Positions 1 to 8,440 are shown, counted from the first letter of the stretch. The stretch: DNA of 16,991 bases from Clostridia bacterium (GCA_017407365.1 JAFQWR010000227.1:1-16991); one strand, 5' to 3'. A program made the numbers and translations. Notes: generated by a model not told the origin, from the sequence alone.

Positions 1-46
1 ATCAACATATCTACCTCTGTATACGCCTTGACGGCGCCCTGCCGTG

Positions 47-89
47 AAAGCAAAAGGAGGGCTCTTAAACGGTGATTAAGAGCGCCTCC
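47..89 (-). terminator. Probable rho-independent terminator downstream of ppx
   Basis: Imperfect inverted repeat GGAGGGCTCTTAA(56-68)/TTAAGAGCGCCTCC(76-89). On the minus strand it is followed by UUUUGCUUU, 18 nt after the ppx TAA stop at 108-110. Confidence 0.45.
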
Positions 90-107
90 CAAAAATGCCT
101 TTTTCGA

Positions 108-1625
108 TTACAGAATCTCAAGATTCTTGCCAAACGATCTGCGGAACTCGGGCCCTGCAGAAAGAGCATCCTTGATCTCGAGCGAGGCGTCTCCCTCTAC
201 CTCTGTTTTCATGATGACGGAATCACCCAGAACGTCGCAGTTGAGGCCCACCACAAGCGAGCCCATGCTACGGTCTAAGCTTTCTGCAATGCGCAGAATG
301 CAACCGAGCTTTTTGACCGCGTCAAAATCGTTTTCGGAAATCAGGTCACGGTATTTGAGCCATTCGTTGTAGTTGGTGTCGTCATTCTTCTGCGCTACGG
401 TTGCCACGAAGGCGGAAAGCACGATGTCGCGGTGAGAAATACCGCTGAGGTTTGCATTCAGGATGATGTAGCCTGCGTGCTTATGCTTGCCGTAGAACTT
501 CATACGCATACCGGAATCGTGCAGCATGGATGCTACGCGCAGAACCTTTAAGTACTGACGGGGGAATTTATGCAGCACACGGAGCTGCTTAAACAGCTGC
601 GTTGCCAGGTTGCTCACGTGCTCTACGTGAGGGATGTTTGCATCAAAATATCTGACCAGCGTGTTCAGGCTGTGGCCGAGAACGTCCGAAATGGGCTTTT
701 CTACGGTGGAGGGCACGGCGTAGTTATACATAATACCCTCTCTGAGGCCGGAGCCGCTGATGGTGAGCTGGTCGTAGCTCATATAGCTTAAAAAGGAGCG
801 GATGAGAGCCATTGCGCAGGGAAGAATATCTGCTCTGCCCGAGCTTAAGCCCTTGATCTTTTTCTTTTTGTCGAGATCCAGCACCTTGATCATGTCGTAG
901 ATAGAGGTGAATTCATCTGCCGTCATAACGTAGTTGTGGCACATCTCTAAGGGGTACTTACGCACCTTGCGCGAAATCTTGCCAACGTTGCGGAAGGAGC
1001 CGCCCACGCCGATTAAGCGGACGTCGGGGTCTACCTCCTTCAGCCAGGGAATACGCTCCAGCTGCTCGGTAAAGAATTCCTCAATATGCTGTGCCTGCAC
1101 CTCGGGACGAAGCCCGTCGGAGCCAAACAGATCGGTAAGCGTGATGGCACCGAAGGGAAGCGTTTCGTAGGCAAGCACGTTTCTGCGGTTGTAGTACACC
1201 AGCTTGGTGCTTCCGCCGCCGATTTCAAAGATAAGACCCTTGGGGATATCCATGGAGTTGATTACACCGTGGTAAATCAGCCTTGCCTCTTCCTCTGCGC
1301 TGAGCACGCGGATTTTGAAGCCGCAGGTTGCATAAACCTCCTCTAAAAAGCCCTTCTGGTTTTTTGCGCGACGGACTGCCGCCGTGCCTACTGCAATGAT
1401 TTTGTCCACCTTGTAGGCGTCGCAAAGCTTACGGAACATTTTCAGCGTTTTGATGGTCTGCACCACACGGGCAGGCTTCAAAAAGCCGTCACGCTCCATA
1501 TCCTGACCAAGGCGTACCGATTCCTTCAGCTCATCGAATACGACAAAGCTGCCACCCTCCAAAATATTCACCAGCACGAGGCGTGCATTATTCGACCCCA
1601 GATCGATAATTGCAATTTTTTCCAA
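108..1625 (-). CDS. ppx: Exopolyphosphatase / guanosine pentaphosphate phosphohydrolase (Ppx/GppA family), 505 aa
   Basis: The N-terminus IAIIDLGSNNARLVLV has the actin-like ASKHA fold signature typical of Ppx/GppA. A C-terminal HD-type motif (VLRVASMLHDSG) is present, and the length fits the two-domain Ppx. The start codon is TTG (1625-1623). There is an in-frame stop 10 codons upstream and no ATG that would retain the conserved DLGSN motif. The GAGAGAGG ribosome-binding site lies about 10 nt upstream. Confidence 0.88.
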   Translation of the reverse strand: MEKIAIIDLGSNNARLVLVNILEGGSFVVFDELKESVRLGQDMERDGFLKPARVVQTIKTLKMFRKLCDAYKVDKIIAVGTAAVRRAKNQKGFLEEVYATCGFKIRVLSAEEEARLIYHGVINSMDIPKGLIFEIGGGSTKLVYYNRRNVLAYETLPFGAITLTDLFGSDGLRPEVQAQHIEEFFTEQLERIPWLKEVDPDVRLIGVGGSFRNVGKISRKVRKYPLEMCHNYVMTADEFTSIYDMIKVLDLDKKKKIKGLSSGRADILPCAMALIRSFLSYMSYDQLTISGSGLREGIMYNYAVPSTVEKPISDVLGHSLNTLVRYFDANIPHVEHVSNLATQLFKQLRVLHKFPRQYLKVLRVASMLHDSGMRMKFYGKHKHAGYIILNANLSGISHRDIVLSAFVATVAQKNDDTNYNEWLKYRDLISENDFDAVKKLGCILRIAESLDRSMGSLVVGLNCDVLGDSVIMKTEVEGDASLEIKDALSAGPEFRRSFGKNLEIL

Positions 1626-1741
1626 CGTTACATAACCTCTCTCGATTATTCTCTTTCATTCGGCATCGCTGCCAACCGCCGCCAACCCTTTTTGTTGCGG
1701 CCGGAATCCCCTTATCAAGGCTCTTTTTTTGAGCCTGCTTT

Positions 1742-1770
1742 ATTATACCACAACTTTCCCCTTTTGTAAA
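1742..1770 (-). promoter_or_regulatory. Candidate sigma-A promoter for ppx (-35 TTTACA, 17-bp spacer, -10 TATAAT)
   Basis: On the plus strand ATTATA(1742-1747) and TGTAAA(1765-1770) read on the minus strand as TTTACA-17 bp-TATAAT. This lies about 110 nt upstream of the ppx start. Confidence 0.4.
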
Positions 1771-2141
1771 TAGGCTTTTTGAAATTTGTGCAACTTTTTT
1801 TCGTTTTTCCGATTGCGATTTTTGCGGAAGAAGCACCCTGCCCGATTTTTGGGGGTGAAAATGAAAAAACAATGAAAAAGTCCTTGATTTTCACCGCAAA
1901 CCAAGCAAAAAACAGCAGAATACACGGGGTTTTGTGCTATTTCAAGCGCCTTGCACAGCTCTTTTTTCTTCGTGCATTTTGCACAAAACGAAATTTTATT
2001 TTGGCGTTCGGGCTCTTTTTTTTACAGCCCTCCCTCCGTTTATGCGCACGGTTTTTCAAACTTTCATTAAAAATGCAATCCTTCCTCTGCTTCTGCTATC
2101 CGGAGGATGACCTTGCAGGCAAACGGAGCCTTACGGAGCGC

Positions 2142-2172
2142 AAAAAAAATACGGCGCAAGAAATCTGCGCCG
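2142..2172 (-). terminator. Rho-independent terminator of spoVG
   Basis: A 7-bp GC stem CGGCGCA(2152-2158)/TGCGCCG(2166-2172) with a 7-nt loop. On the minus strand it is followed by the U8 tract (plus A8 at 2142-2149). It sits about 20 nt after the spoVG stop at 2191-2193. Confidence 0.65.
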
Positions 2173-2190
2173 CACCGTTCAGCTAAAAAG

Positions 2191-2493
2191 CTATTCCTCT
2201 GTTTCCTCTTCCGCAAAGCCCCCCTCGCCTGCAGAGGCAAGGCACTCCTCATACGCCTTAAAAATCTGCTGATGAATCAGCTCGCGCGTTTCGTTGTTGA
2301 TGGGGTGAGCAATGTCCTTATACTTCCCGTCTGCGGTTTTACGTGAGGGCATGGCAACAAACAGGCCCTCTGACCCCTCAATGATTTTTACGTCATGTAC
2401 CACAAAGCAGCTGTCGATTGTGATGCTTGCCAAAGCCTTAAGCTTAGAGTTTTCCTTCTGCGCAATACGCACTCTGATGTCCGTGATGTTCAC
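2191..2493 (-). CDS. spoVG: Septation/regulatory protein SpoVG, 100 aa
   Basis: The protein begins [12 protein letters not shown]...[23 protein letters not shown], the hallmark SpoVG N-terminal beta-hairpin region, and ends in an acidic tail. The start is GTG at 2493-2491, with an in-frame stop 20 codons upstream and no upstream ATG. The AAGGGAG ribosome-binding site lies 8 nt upstream. Confidence 0.9.
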   Translation of the reverse strand: MNITDIRVRIAQKENSKLKALASITIDSCFVVHDVKIIEGSEGLFVAMPSRKTADGKYKDIAHPINNETRELIHQQIFKAYEECLASAGEGGFAEEETEE

Positions 2494-2577
2494 GCTTTTA
2501 TCTCCCTTGATGCTAATCGGAAGGATACTTAGTAATTTCGTGAGTGCGTATCTTCATGCGTAACCTGCCGTACATCT

Positions 2578-2606
2578 ATTTTACACGATTTTGCAGTTTT
2601 TTTCAA
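2578..2606 (-). promoter_or_regulatory. Candidate extended -10 sigma-A promoter for spoVG (TTGAAA, 17 bp, TGtTAAAAT)
   Basis: The minus strand reads TTGAAA(2606-2601)-17 bp-TAAAAT(2583-2578) with TG at -15/-14. This is about 80 nt upstream of the GTG start. Confidence 0.45.
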
Positions 2607-3021
2607 TAGTTTTTTCAAAACTTTTTTATCTTTGTGCAGTACGCACATTTTGTTACTACCATTTGCGCTGTTTTTAAGCAGTATGCACAACTGCTTCCGC
2701 AAAAAACGCCCCGATTCCCTTTCTCAACCCCACAATACCGAAAAAACGGGCGCATCAAAAAAAGGAATTTTTGCATAGCGTAAGGGGAGCTGTGCCGCAC
2801 AAGCCGGATTTCCGCCCCTGTTTACTGCTGTTTTTTCATTTTATTGCAGACCGTCAATGCCCGATTTGCGTAAAGCACCTTCTTTTGCGGTACGCTACAC
2901 AGGGCATTACGCATATTTTTCAGAAAAGCCACAAAAATATCCTGCTCCTTACCCCTTCATTCTGCAAGAGACGCACTTTGCGGCGGCACGCTACGCAAGG
3001 TCTGTTGCATATCATAACAGT

Positions 3022-4578
3022 ATGGACAGAGTTTTCGGGCAGGGCATTTTGCGTGTGTATTTTGTGGGAATCGGCGGCGTGAGCATGAGCGCACTTGCGC
3101 TTTATCTGCACGCCATGGGGTACTTGGTCAGCGGCTACGACTCCTCCCCCTCTATCTACACCGACCGCCTGATACAAAAGGGAATTGCGGTCAGCTTTCA
3201 TCCCTGCCCCGCAGATATGCAGGGCGCGCAGGCGGTGATTCTTTCGGGGGCAATTGCTGCAAATGAGCCGCACGCCGCTTACGCACGCAAGCACCGCTTG
3301 CCAACCCTTACCCGTGCACAGCTTCTGGGCAGGATTTCGCGCCTGCATTCCACCTGCATTGCCGTCAGCGGCTGTCACGGAAAAACAACGGTAACCGCTA
3401 TGCTCGCCGCCATTCTGATTCAGGCAGGCAAAAGCCCCACCGTGCTTTTGGGCGGTGACGCAAAAGAAACGGGCGGCAACCTGCGCCTTGGTATGCTTCC
3501 GCCGTGCAGGCACAGCAGGCTCTGCGGCAAATATACCGTAAAAAAAGCCCCCTCCCTTGCTCGCCTCGCAAAAAGTAAGAATACGAAAAGGGCGCTTAGT
3601 CGCTCACCGCTTGTGGCGGAGGCGTGTGAATATCAGCGTGCCTTTTTACAGCTTTCACCCACGCACGCCGTTTTGCTGAATACCGACCACGACCACCCCG
3701 ACTGCTACCCCACAGCCGCCGACGCACTTGCCGCCTTCGGGGATTTTTTGGGCAGGGTAAAAAGGGGCGGAAGGGTGTTTCTTTCGGCAGACGATACGGG
3801 CGCGGAAGGGCTTGCACGGGGCAGGGCAATCACCTTTGGCTTCCGCGAAGGTGCCGATTTGCGAGCCATACCCATTCAGCCCGACGGCGAAGGCACGGCA
3901 GACCGCACCCCCTTTTCAGATGCAGGAAAAGAAAGCAGGGCTTCTGACACATCTCCCTGTGAAACGGCAGAAAAGGGTGCTGACGGGCAGAGCTTTGACC
4001 TTTTTTATTTCGGCAAGCATCTCTGCCGCATCAACAGTCCCCTTTTCGGGCTGTATAACGTGCAAAATGCCTGCGCCGCCACTGCGGTTGCCCTGAGCCT
4101 TGGCATTCACCCTTCTGCCGTAAAATCGGCATTAGAGGCGTTTACAGGCGTTGCAAGAAGACGCGAAAGGCTTGGCACCTACCGTGGCGCAGAGGTGATT
4201 TCCGACTACGCCCATCATCCGAGCGAAATTGCAGCCACCCTTACGGCGGAGGCAGGCAGGCAAAAAAAATATGCGGTCATCTTTCAGCCGCATACCTATA
4301 CCCGCACAAGCGCCTTTCTGCACGCATTCAGCCGTGCGCTATCTATTGCAGAGCAGGTGATTCTGTTGCCCGTTTACGCCGCAAGAGAGCCCTGCATCGA
4401 GGGGATCTACGAGGCTCTTGTATCTGCAACAGCACAGCTTACCCATTGCATAGGCGCAGGTGACGTAGCCTCCGCTCTGCGACTTCTTTTTGCAGAGGGA
4501 GAGCGCTACGACCGCATTCTGCTGCTTGGCGCAGGGGATATTGATGCGCAAGGACGAAGGGCAACAGAGAATCGGTAG
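3022..4578 (+). CDS. murC: UDP-N-acetylmuramate--L-alanine ligase (MurC-like Mur ligase), about 518 aa, with two low-complexity insertions
   Basis: VYFVGIGGVSMSALALYLHAMGYLVSGYDS matches the MurC N-terminal Rossmann motif (HFxGIGGxGMSxxAxxL...GSD). The P-loop is GCHGKTT. The catalytic Glu is retained in VAEACEY, which replaces the canonical AEADESD. The His motif NTDHDHPD corresponds to NIEADHMD. The C-terminal domain has the QPHTYTRT and LGAGDI motifs. The six-frame ORF opens at 2857, but the first 55 codons are repeat-containing leader DNA with no ribosome-binding site. I place the start at ATG 3022, 13 aa before the GIGG motif; its ribosome-binding site is weak. Confidence 0.8.
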   Translation: MDRVFGQGILRVYFVGIGGVSMSALALYLHAMGYLVSGYDSSPSIYTDRLIQKGIAVSFHPCPADMQGAQAVILSGAIAANEPHAAYARKHRLPTLTRAQLLGRISRLHSTCIAVSGCHGKTTVTAMLAAILIQAGKSPTVLLGGDAKETGGNLRLGMLPPCRHSRLCGKYTVKKAPSLARLAKSKNTKRALSRSPLVAEACEYQRAFLQLSPTHAVLLNTDHDHPDCYPTAADALAAFGDFLGRVKRGGRVFLSADDTGAEGLARGRAITFGFREGADLRAIPIQPDGEGTADRTPFSDAGKESRASDTSPCETAEKGADGQSFDLFYFGKHLCRINSPLFGLYNVQNACAATAVALSLGIHPSAVKSALEAFTGVARRRERLGTYRGAEVISDYAHHPSEIAATLTAEAGRQKKYAVIFQPHTYTRTSAFLHAFSRALSIAEQVILLPVYAAREPCIEGIYEALVSATAQLTHCIGAGDVASALRLLFAEGERYDRILLLGAGDIDAQGRRATENR

Positions 4579-4592
4579 CGGATAACGGGCGC

Positions 4593-4626
4593 AAAAAAAG
4601 CACGCAAGGTTATGCGTGCTTTTTTG
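4593..4626. terminator. Bidirectional rho-independent terminator between convergent murC and the opp operon
   Basis: A7-GCACGCA(4600-4606)-AGGTTA loop-TGCGTGC(4613-4619)-T6. The A-tract/T-tract symmetry lets it terminate on both strands. It lies between the murC stop (4578) and the DUF3899 gene stop (4643). Confidence 0.75.
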
Positions 4627-4642
4627 TTCGATTATAGCGCCA

Positions 4643-5038
4643 CTACACGGCGTTGAAATACAGCACCAGAAACAGAGCGGCAACTGCAAGCAGAAGCAGC
4701 CCTACAATCACCAGATGCCAGAAGCCCTTCTTATGATCCTGACGGGAAAGACGGTAGGCATAAAAATCCTTGTATTTCCGTTTGGTGGGGTCCTTTCGCA
4801 GCACGTCAAACAGCAGGCGCACGCCGTAGCCGATCATATCGAAGGCACCGCCGTTGCTGCCCACAAACAGACCGCCAAGCCCCGCAAGCACAACGCCGCT
4901 GACAAAAAAGGCGTCGCTGATTACGTGAAACAGCTCCTGTGGCTTTGTTTTGGCAAACACGCCCATGCACGCCGCAAGAATCAGCGTCAGCAAAAGCCCT
5001 GCCAGAAGGGTAATCAGATAGACGTAGCGTCGCTTCAT
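4643..5038 (-). CDS. Small integral membrane protein, DUF3899-like (131 aa), last gene of the opp operon
   Basis: An N-terminal transmembrane helix ([17 protein letters not shown]), a central [30 protein letters not shown] segment resembling the DUF3899 Gly-rich/FD core, a basic loop, and a C-terminal transmembrane helix. Its ATG (5038-5036) overlaps the oppF TGA stop (5037-5035) as ATGA. Confidence 0.75.
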   Translation of the reverse strand: MKRRYVYLITLLAGLLLTLILAACMGVFAKTKPQELFHVISDAFFVSGVVLAGLGGLFVGSNGGAFDMIGYGVRLLFDVLRKDPTKRKYKDFYAYRLSRQDHKKGFWHLVIVGLLLLAVAALFLVLYFNAV

Positions 5039-6279
5039 GCCTCTTCACCGATTTCCTTCTGATAGCGCAGGAATTCCTCTTCGTTGCAGGAAATGAAATG
5101 CCCGGGGGTGATTTCACGCAGGGTGGGGCCCTCTACCGAATAATCGTGATCGGCAAGCGGATTGTAAACGATACGCTTACGCTTCCGTTCGCTGTGCGGA
5201 TCGGGCAGGGGAATTGCCGAAAGCAACGATTTGGTATAGGGGTGCAGGGGATGCGCAAACAGCTCGTCGGAGGTAGCCAGCTCTACGATTTTGCCAAAAT
5301 ACATAACGGCAATGCGGTCGGAGAAGTATTTTACCACCGAAAGGTCGTGCGCAATGAACAGGATGGTGAGCCCAAGCGTTTCGCGGAGCTCATTCAGAAG
5401 ATTGATTACCTGCGCCTGAATGGAAACGTCCAATGCAGAGATGGGCTCGTCTGCAATGATCATTTCGGGCTCTAAGATGATGGCTCTTGCAATACCGATA
5501 CGCTGACGCTGACCGCCCGAAAACTCGTGGGGGTAGCGACCTGCGTGCTCGGGCACCAGACCGACCAGATCAAGCACACGGTAAACCGCGTTATCGATTA
5601 CCTCTTTGTCGCGGATGCCGCGGATGATGAGCCCCTCTGCGATAATCTCGCGCACCGTCATACGGGGATTCAGCGAGGCAATGGGATCCTGAAAGATCAT
5701 CTGCATCTTGTTCATGATGCGGTCTTTGGAGGCAATGCGGCATTCCTCCTTCATCTGCCTGTTAAGCTGCTTCCGCTTTTCGGGGTCAGTCTCCGCCTCG
5801 ATGAGGGGGAGCATACGGTCCTTCACCGCCTGCACCTGCGCCTTGGCATAAAGCTTATTGCAGTTTTTGTGGTCGAATCTTGCAGAGCGGATGTTTGCCG
5901 TTTCTCTTTCGATCACCGCCTTCAGCTCTGCTTCAAGCGCTGCCTTCTGCTTGGGGTAGTCTGCCGCGCTCTTGTCGAGAGCGGCAAGGCTTGCGGCGTG
6001 GGCTGCTTGCGCCTTTTTGATTGCTTCCTTATAGCGACGGGTACCTGCGGCAATGCGCTGACCCTTAAAATACACCGAGCCACCCGTGATATCGTACAGA
6101 CGGATGATCGATCTGCCCGTGGTGGTTTTTCCGCAGCCCGATTCACCTACAAGGCCGAATACCTCGCCCTTTTTGATGTCGAAGCTGACGTCGTTGACCG
6201 CCTTTAAGCGGCTTTTGCCCATTTTGAAAAATTGCTCTAAATGCTCTACGCGAACGAGAACCTCTCTGTTATCAGACAT
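5035..6279 (-). CDS. oppF: Oligopeptide ABC transporter ATP-binding protein OppF-like, 414 aa, with a roughly 100-aa insertion
   Basis: Walker [11 protein letters not shown]-loop MIFQDP, signature FSGGQRQR, Walker [13 protein letters not shown]-loop FIAHDL, and an Opp/Dpp-type C-terminal extension. The start is ATG 6279-6277, preceded by GGAGGAG and overlapping the oppD stop (GATGTCTGA). The six-frame ORF extends to 6351, but that portion is oppD coding sequence. Confidence 0.9.
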   Translation of the reverse strand: MSDNREVLVRVEHLEQFFKMGKSRLKAVNDVSFDIKKGEVFGLVGESGCGKTTTGRSIIRLYDITGGSVYFKGQRIAAGTRRYKEAIKKAQAAHAASLAALDKSAADYPKQKAALEAELKAVIERETANIRSARFDHKNCNKLYAKAQVQAVKDRMLPLIEAETDPEKRKQLNRQMKEECRIASKDRIMNKMQMIFQDPIASLNPRMTVREIIAEGLIIRGIRDKEVIDNAVYRVLDLVGLVPEHAGRYPHEFSGGQRQRIGIARAIILEPEMIIADEPISALDVSIQAQVINLLNELRETLGLTILFIAHDLSVVKYFSDRIAVMYFGKIVELATSDELFAHPLHPYTKSLLSAIPLPDPHSERKRKRIVYNPLADHDYSVEGPTLREITPGHFISCNEEEFLRYQKEIGEEA

Positions 6280-8440
6280 CTTTCTCCTCCTTCGCTCTTC
6301 TTCTTGCGATGCGTTCGGAAACCGTCCTGGGCATTTCCACCTTGGGTGCATCGGGATGCAGCAGCCACGTTGCGGCGTAATGCGTATCGCTCACCTTGAA
6401 CATGGGGGGCTGAAGCTCAAAATCGATTTCCATAGCATATTTGTTGCGCTCCGCAAAGGCATCGCCAATGGGAGGATAAATCATATTGGGAGGGGTACCG
6501 GGAATTGCCTCGAGCTTTTCTTTGGTGTCGAGGTCGGGCATAGAGGAAAGCAACGCCCAGGTGTACGGATGACGGGGATCGTAGAACACATCGTCACTCG
6601 TGCCGTATTCCACAATTTTACCTGCGTACATAACGGCAATACGGTCTGCCATATTTGCCACCACGCCAAGATCGTGCGTAATGAAGATAACCGTTAAATT
6701 ACGCTCCTTCTTCAAGCGGTTGATCAGCTCTAAGATCTGTGCCTGAATGGTAACGTCGAGTGCGGTGGTGGGCTCGTCGCAGATCAGAATATCGGGGTTA
6801 GCCGCAAGCGCAATTGCAATTACGATACGCTGACGCATACCGCCCGAAAACTCAAAGGGATATTGGTTGTAGCGGATGCGGGGCTCGGGGATACCTACCT
6901 CCTCCAACAGCTTGAGCGCGCGCGCCTTTGCAATCGCCTTGGTTACACGGTATACGTAGGCGGAAGCCTGCTCCTTGAGGTAATCGATGATTTCGATTGC
7001 CTTTGCAGAAAGATCGTAGCTGCTCTCTGCCTCCTGCTCTGCCGTATATTTTTCTTTCAGGCGGCTGAGAACGGAAACGATGTCTGCCTTTGCAAGCGCA
7101 AGATCCACCAGCACGGGAGGCACAAGCTTCCACGTAACCGTTTTGCCCTTGGCAACAAGCGCATCTCTTTTTGCCTTTTGCTTGTCGTATTCTGCCTGAT
7201 TTTTGGGGTTCTGCTTCACGCCTGCAAAATACTTTTCCACAGCGGCGGAAAGCGCATTCGGGAAGGTGTATTGCAGGCTGTCCTTATGCACCTCTAAGGG
7301 GTCGATTGCCTCTTTGACTGCCTGAGAAAGCTTTGCGCAAAGCGCCTTGCTTTCTGCCTCGGTAATCTCTCCCGAAAAATAGGAGATGGCTTGCTCCAGC
7401 TGCACGATAACAGCCCTTTTTGCCTCTTGCGAGCGTTGATGCGAATAGGCTACGCCCTTCTTTACGTCGGAAAGGAATTCCTCCATAAAATCCTGCATCA
7501 AAAAGTTATAGGCAAGCTCGTTCAGCTCGTCCACCGAATAGCCGGAAACGTCCGCCTCGGGGTTTTTCATCAGATAGTAGCCCAGACGGAAATAGTTGGG
7601 CTTTTGCTTTTTGACGGACTCTTGCAGCACGGCAAGAATTTCTGCGGTAGCGGATACTGCCTCGGCAGGGGTATCGTTCTTTTTGCACTTGGGCGCAAGC
7701 GCCTTGATGCGTGCAAGCAGATTCTGATAGCTGCCGTCCGCATCCGCAACCACCGATTCGTGCAGTGCCGCCTTTGCCTTGGCACAGATATCCATCATAT
7801 GACGGGTAGCGTCGAAGCCCTTCTTTTTCTTTTCCACGAAGAAGAGCATTTCCTCTGCCTTACCGATTGCCTCGATTGCGCTTTCGTATGCGGCATTGTA
7901 TGCGCTTTCCAGCTTGGTGCCGTTGATATTGAAGTCGTCGAAGATTTTGATCTTCTGCTTGTTGCGCACCTTTACCGCATCTGCATCCGCACCCGTGGCG
8001 GTTACTGCGTCGATGCAGTCATTCAGCGTTTTTAATACGGAGTTGAAGGATCTTCTTGCGTTGCGCTGGCTCGCCTTGCCCTTTAATATCATTGCCTCGG
8101 TGAGCTGCTTACCCACCTTCATGATGGGGTTTAAGCTGGACATCGGGTCCTGGAAGATCATGGCGATTTTGTCGCCGCGCAGCTTGTGGAAATCCTCCTC
8201 GGTGATTTTGAGAAGATCCTGACCGTCGTACAGAATTTCGCCACCCTCTACAATGCCGTTGCCTGCCAGAATGCCCATAATGGCACGGCTGGTAACCGAT
8301 TTGCCCGAGCCCGATTCGCCTACGATGGCAAGCGTTTCGCCCTCGGCAAGATCGAACGACACGTCACGCACCGCCTTGACGGTGCCACCCTGCGTACGGA
8401 AGGAGATGACTAAGTTTTTAACCTCTAATTTGGTTGCCAT
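6272..8440 (-). CDS. oppD: Oligopeptide ABC transporter ATP-binding protein OppD-like, 722 aa, with a roughly 375-aa helical insertion
   Basis: Walker [12 protein letters not shown]-loop MIFQDP, signature FSGGMRQR, Walker [14 protein letters not shown]-loop FITHDL, and a C-terminal Opp-type domain ([11 protein letters not shown]). The start is ATG 8440-8438, preceded by GGAGGAGGG. The ORF track begins 14 codons earlier, inside the oppC 3' end. Confidence 0.9.
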   Translation of the reverse strand: MATKLEVKNLVISFRTQGGTVKAVRDVSFDLAEGETLAIVGESGSGKSVTSRAIMGILAGNGIVEGGEILYDGQDLLKITEEDFHKLRGDKIAMIFQDPMSSLNPIMKVGKQLTEAMILKGKASQRNARRSFNSVLKTLNDCIDAVTATGADADAVKVRNKQKIKIFDDFNINGTKLESAYNAAYESAIEAIGKAEEMLFFVEKKKKGFDATRHMMDICAKAKAALHESVVADADGSYQNLLARIKALAPKCKKNDTPAEAVSATAEILAVLQESVKKQKPNYFRLGYYLMKNPEADVSGYSVDELNELAYNFLMQDFMEEFLSDVKKGVAYSHQRSQEAKRAVIVQLEQAISYFSGEITEAESKALCAKLSQAVKEAIDPLEVHKDSLQYTFPNALSAAVEKYFAGVKQNPKNQAEYDKQKAKRDALVAKGKTVTWKLVPPVLVDLALAKADIVSVLSRLKEKYTAEQEAESSYDLSAKAIEIIDYLKEQASAYVYRVTKAIAKARALKLLEEVGIPEPRIRYNQYPFEFSGGMRQRIVIAIALAANPDILICDEPTTALDVTIQAQILELINRLKKERNLTVIFITHDLGVVANMADRIAVMYAGKIVEYGTSDDVFYDPRHPYTWALLSSMPDLDTKEKLEAIPGTPPNMIYPPIGDAFAERNKYAMEIDFELQPPMFKVSDTHYAATWLLHPDAPKVEMPRTVSERIARRRAKEEKDV

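Noticed and set aside
1779-2186. 135-aa plus-strand ORF (MKFVQLFFVFPIAIF...) in the spoVG-ppx spacer
   Set aside because: Its F/L/K-rich low-complexity composition derives from T-tracts. It has no ribosome-binding site, and it overlaps the spoVG terminator and the predicted ppx promoter. I regard it as an artefact of AT-rich DNA.
2857-3021. N-terminal 55-codon extension of murC given by the ORF track (start at 2857)
   Set aside because: The region contains the 95-bp-spaced direct repeats. It has no ribosome-binding site and lies far upstream of the conserved GIGG N-terminal motif. An internal ATG at 3022 gives a MurC of normal N-terminal length.
2920-3513. 197-aa minus-strand ORF antisense to murC
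   Set aside because: It is a shadow ORF in GC-rich coding DNA, with Arg/Ala/Gly-rich composition and no homology features.
5527-6207. 226-aa plus-strand ORF, with similar plus-strand ORFs at 6086-6697, 6863-7297, 7391-8035, 7896-8222, 8556-8903 and 9528-10043
   Set aside because: All are antisense shadows of the opp ABC genes. They have no ribosome-binding sites and their frames mirror coding sequences on the opposite strand.
6280-6351. ORF-track extension of oppF upstream to 6351
   Set aside because: That stretch is the 3' end of oppD in another frame. The ATG at 6279 has a strong GGAGGAG ribosome-binding site and the classic ATG/TGA overlap with oppD.
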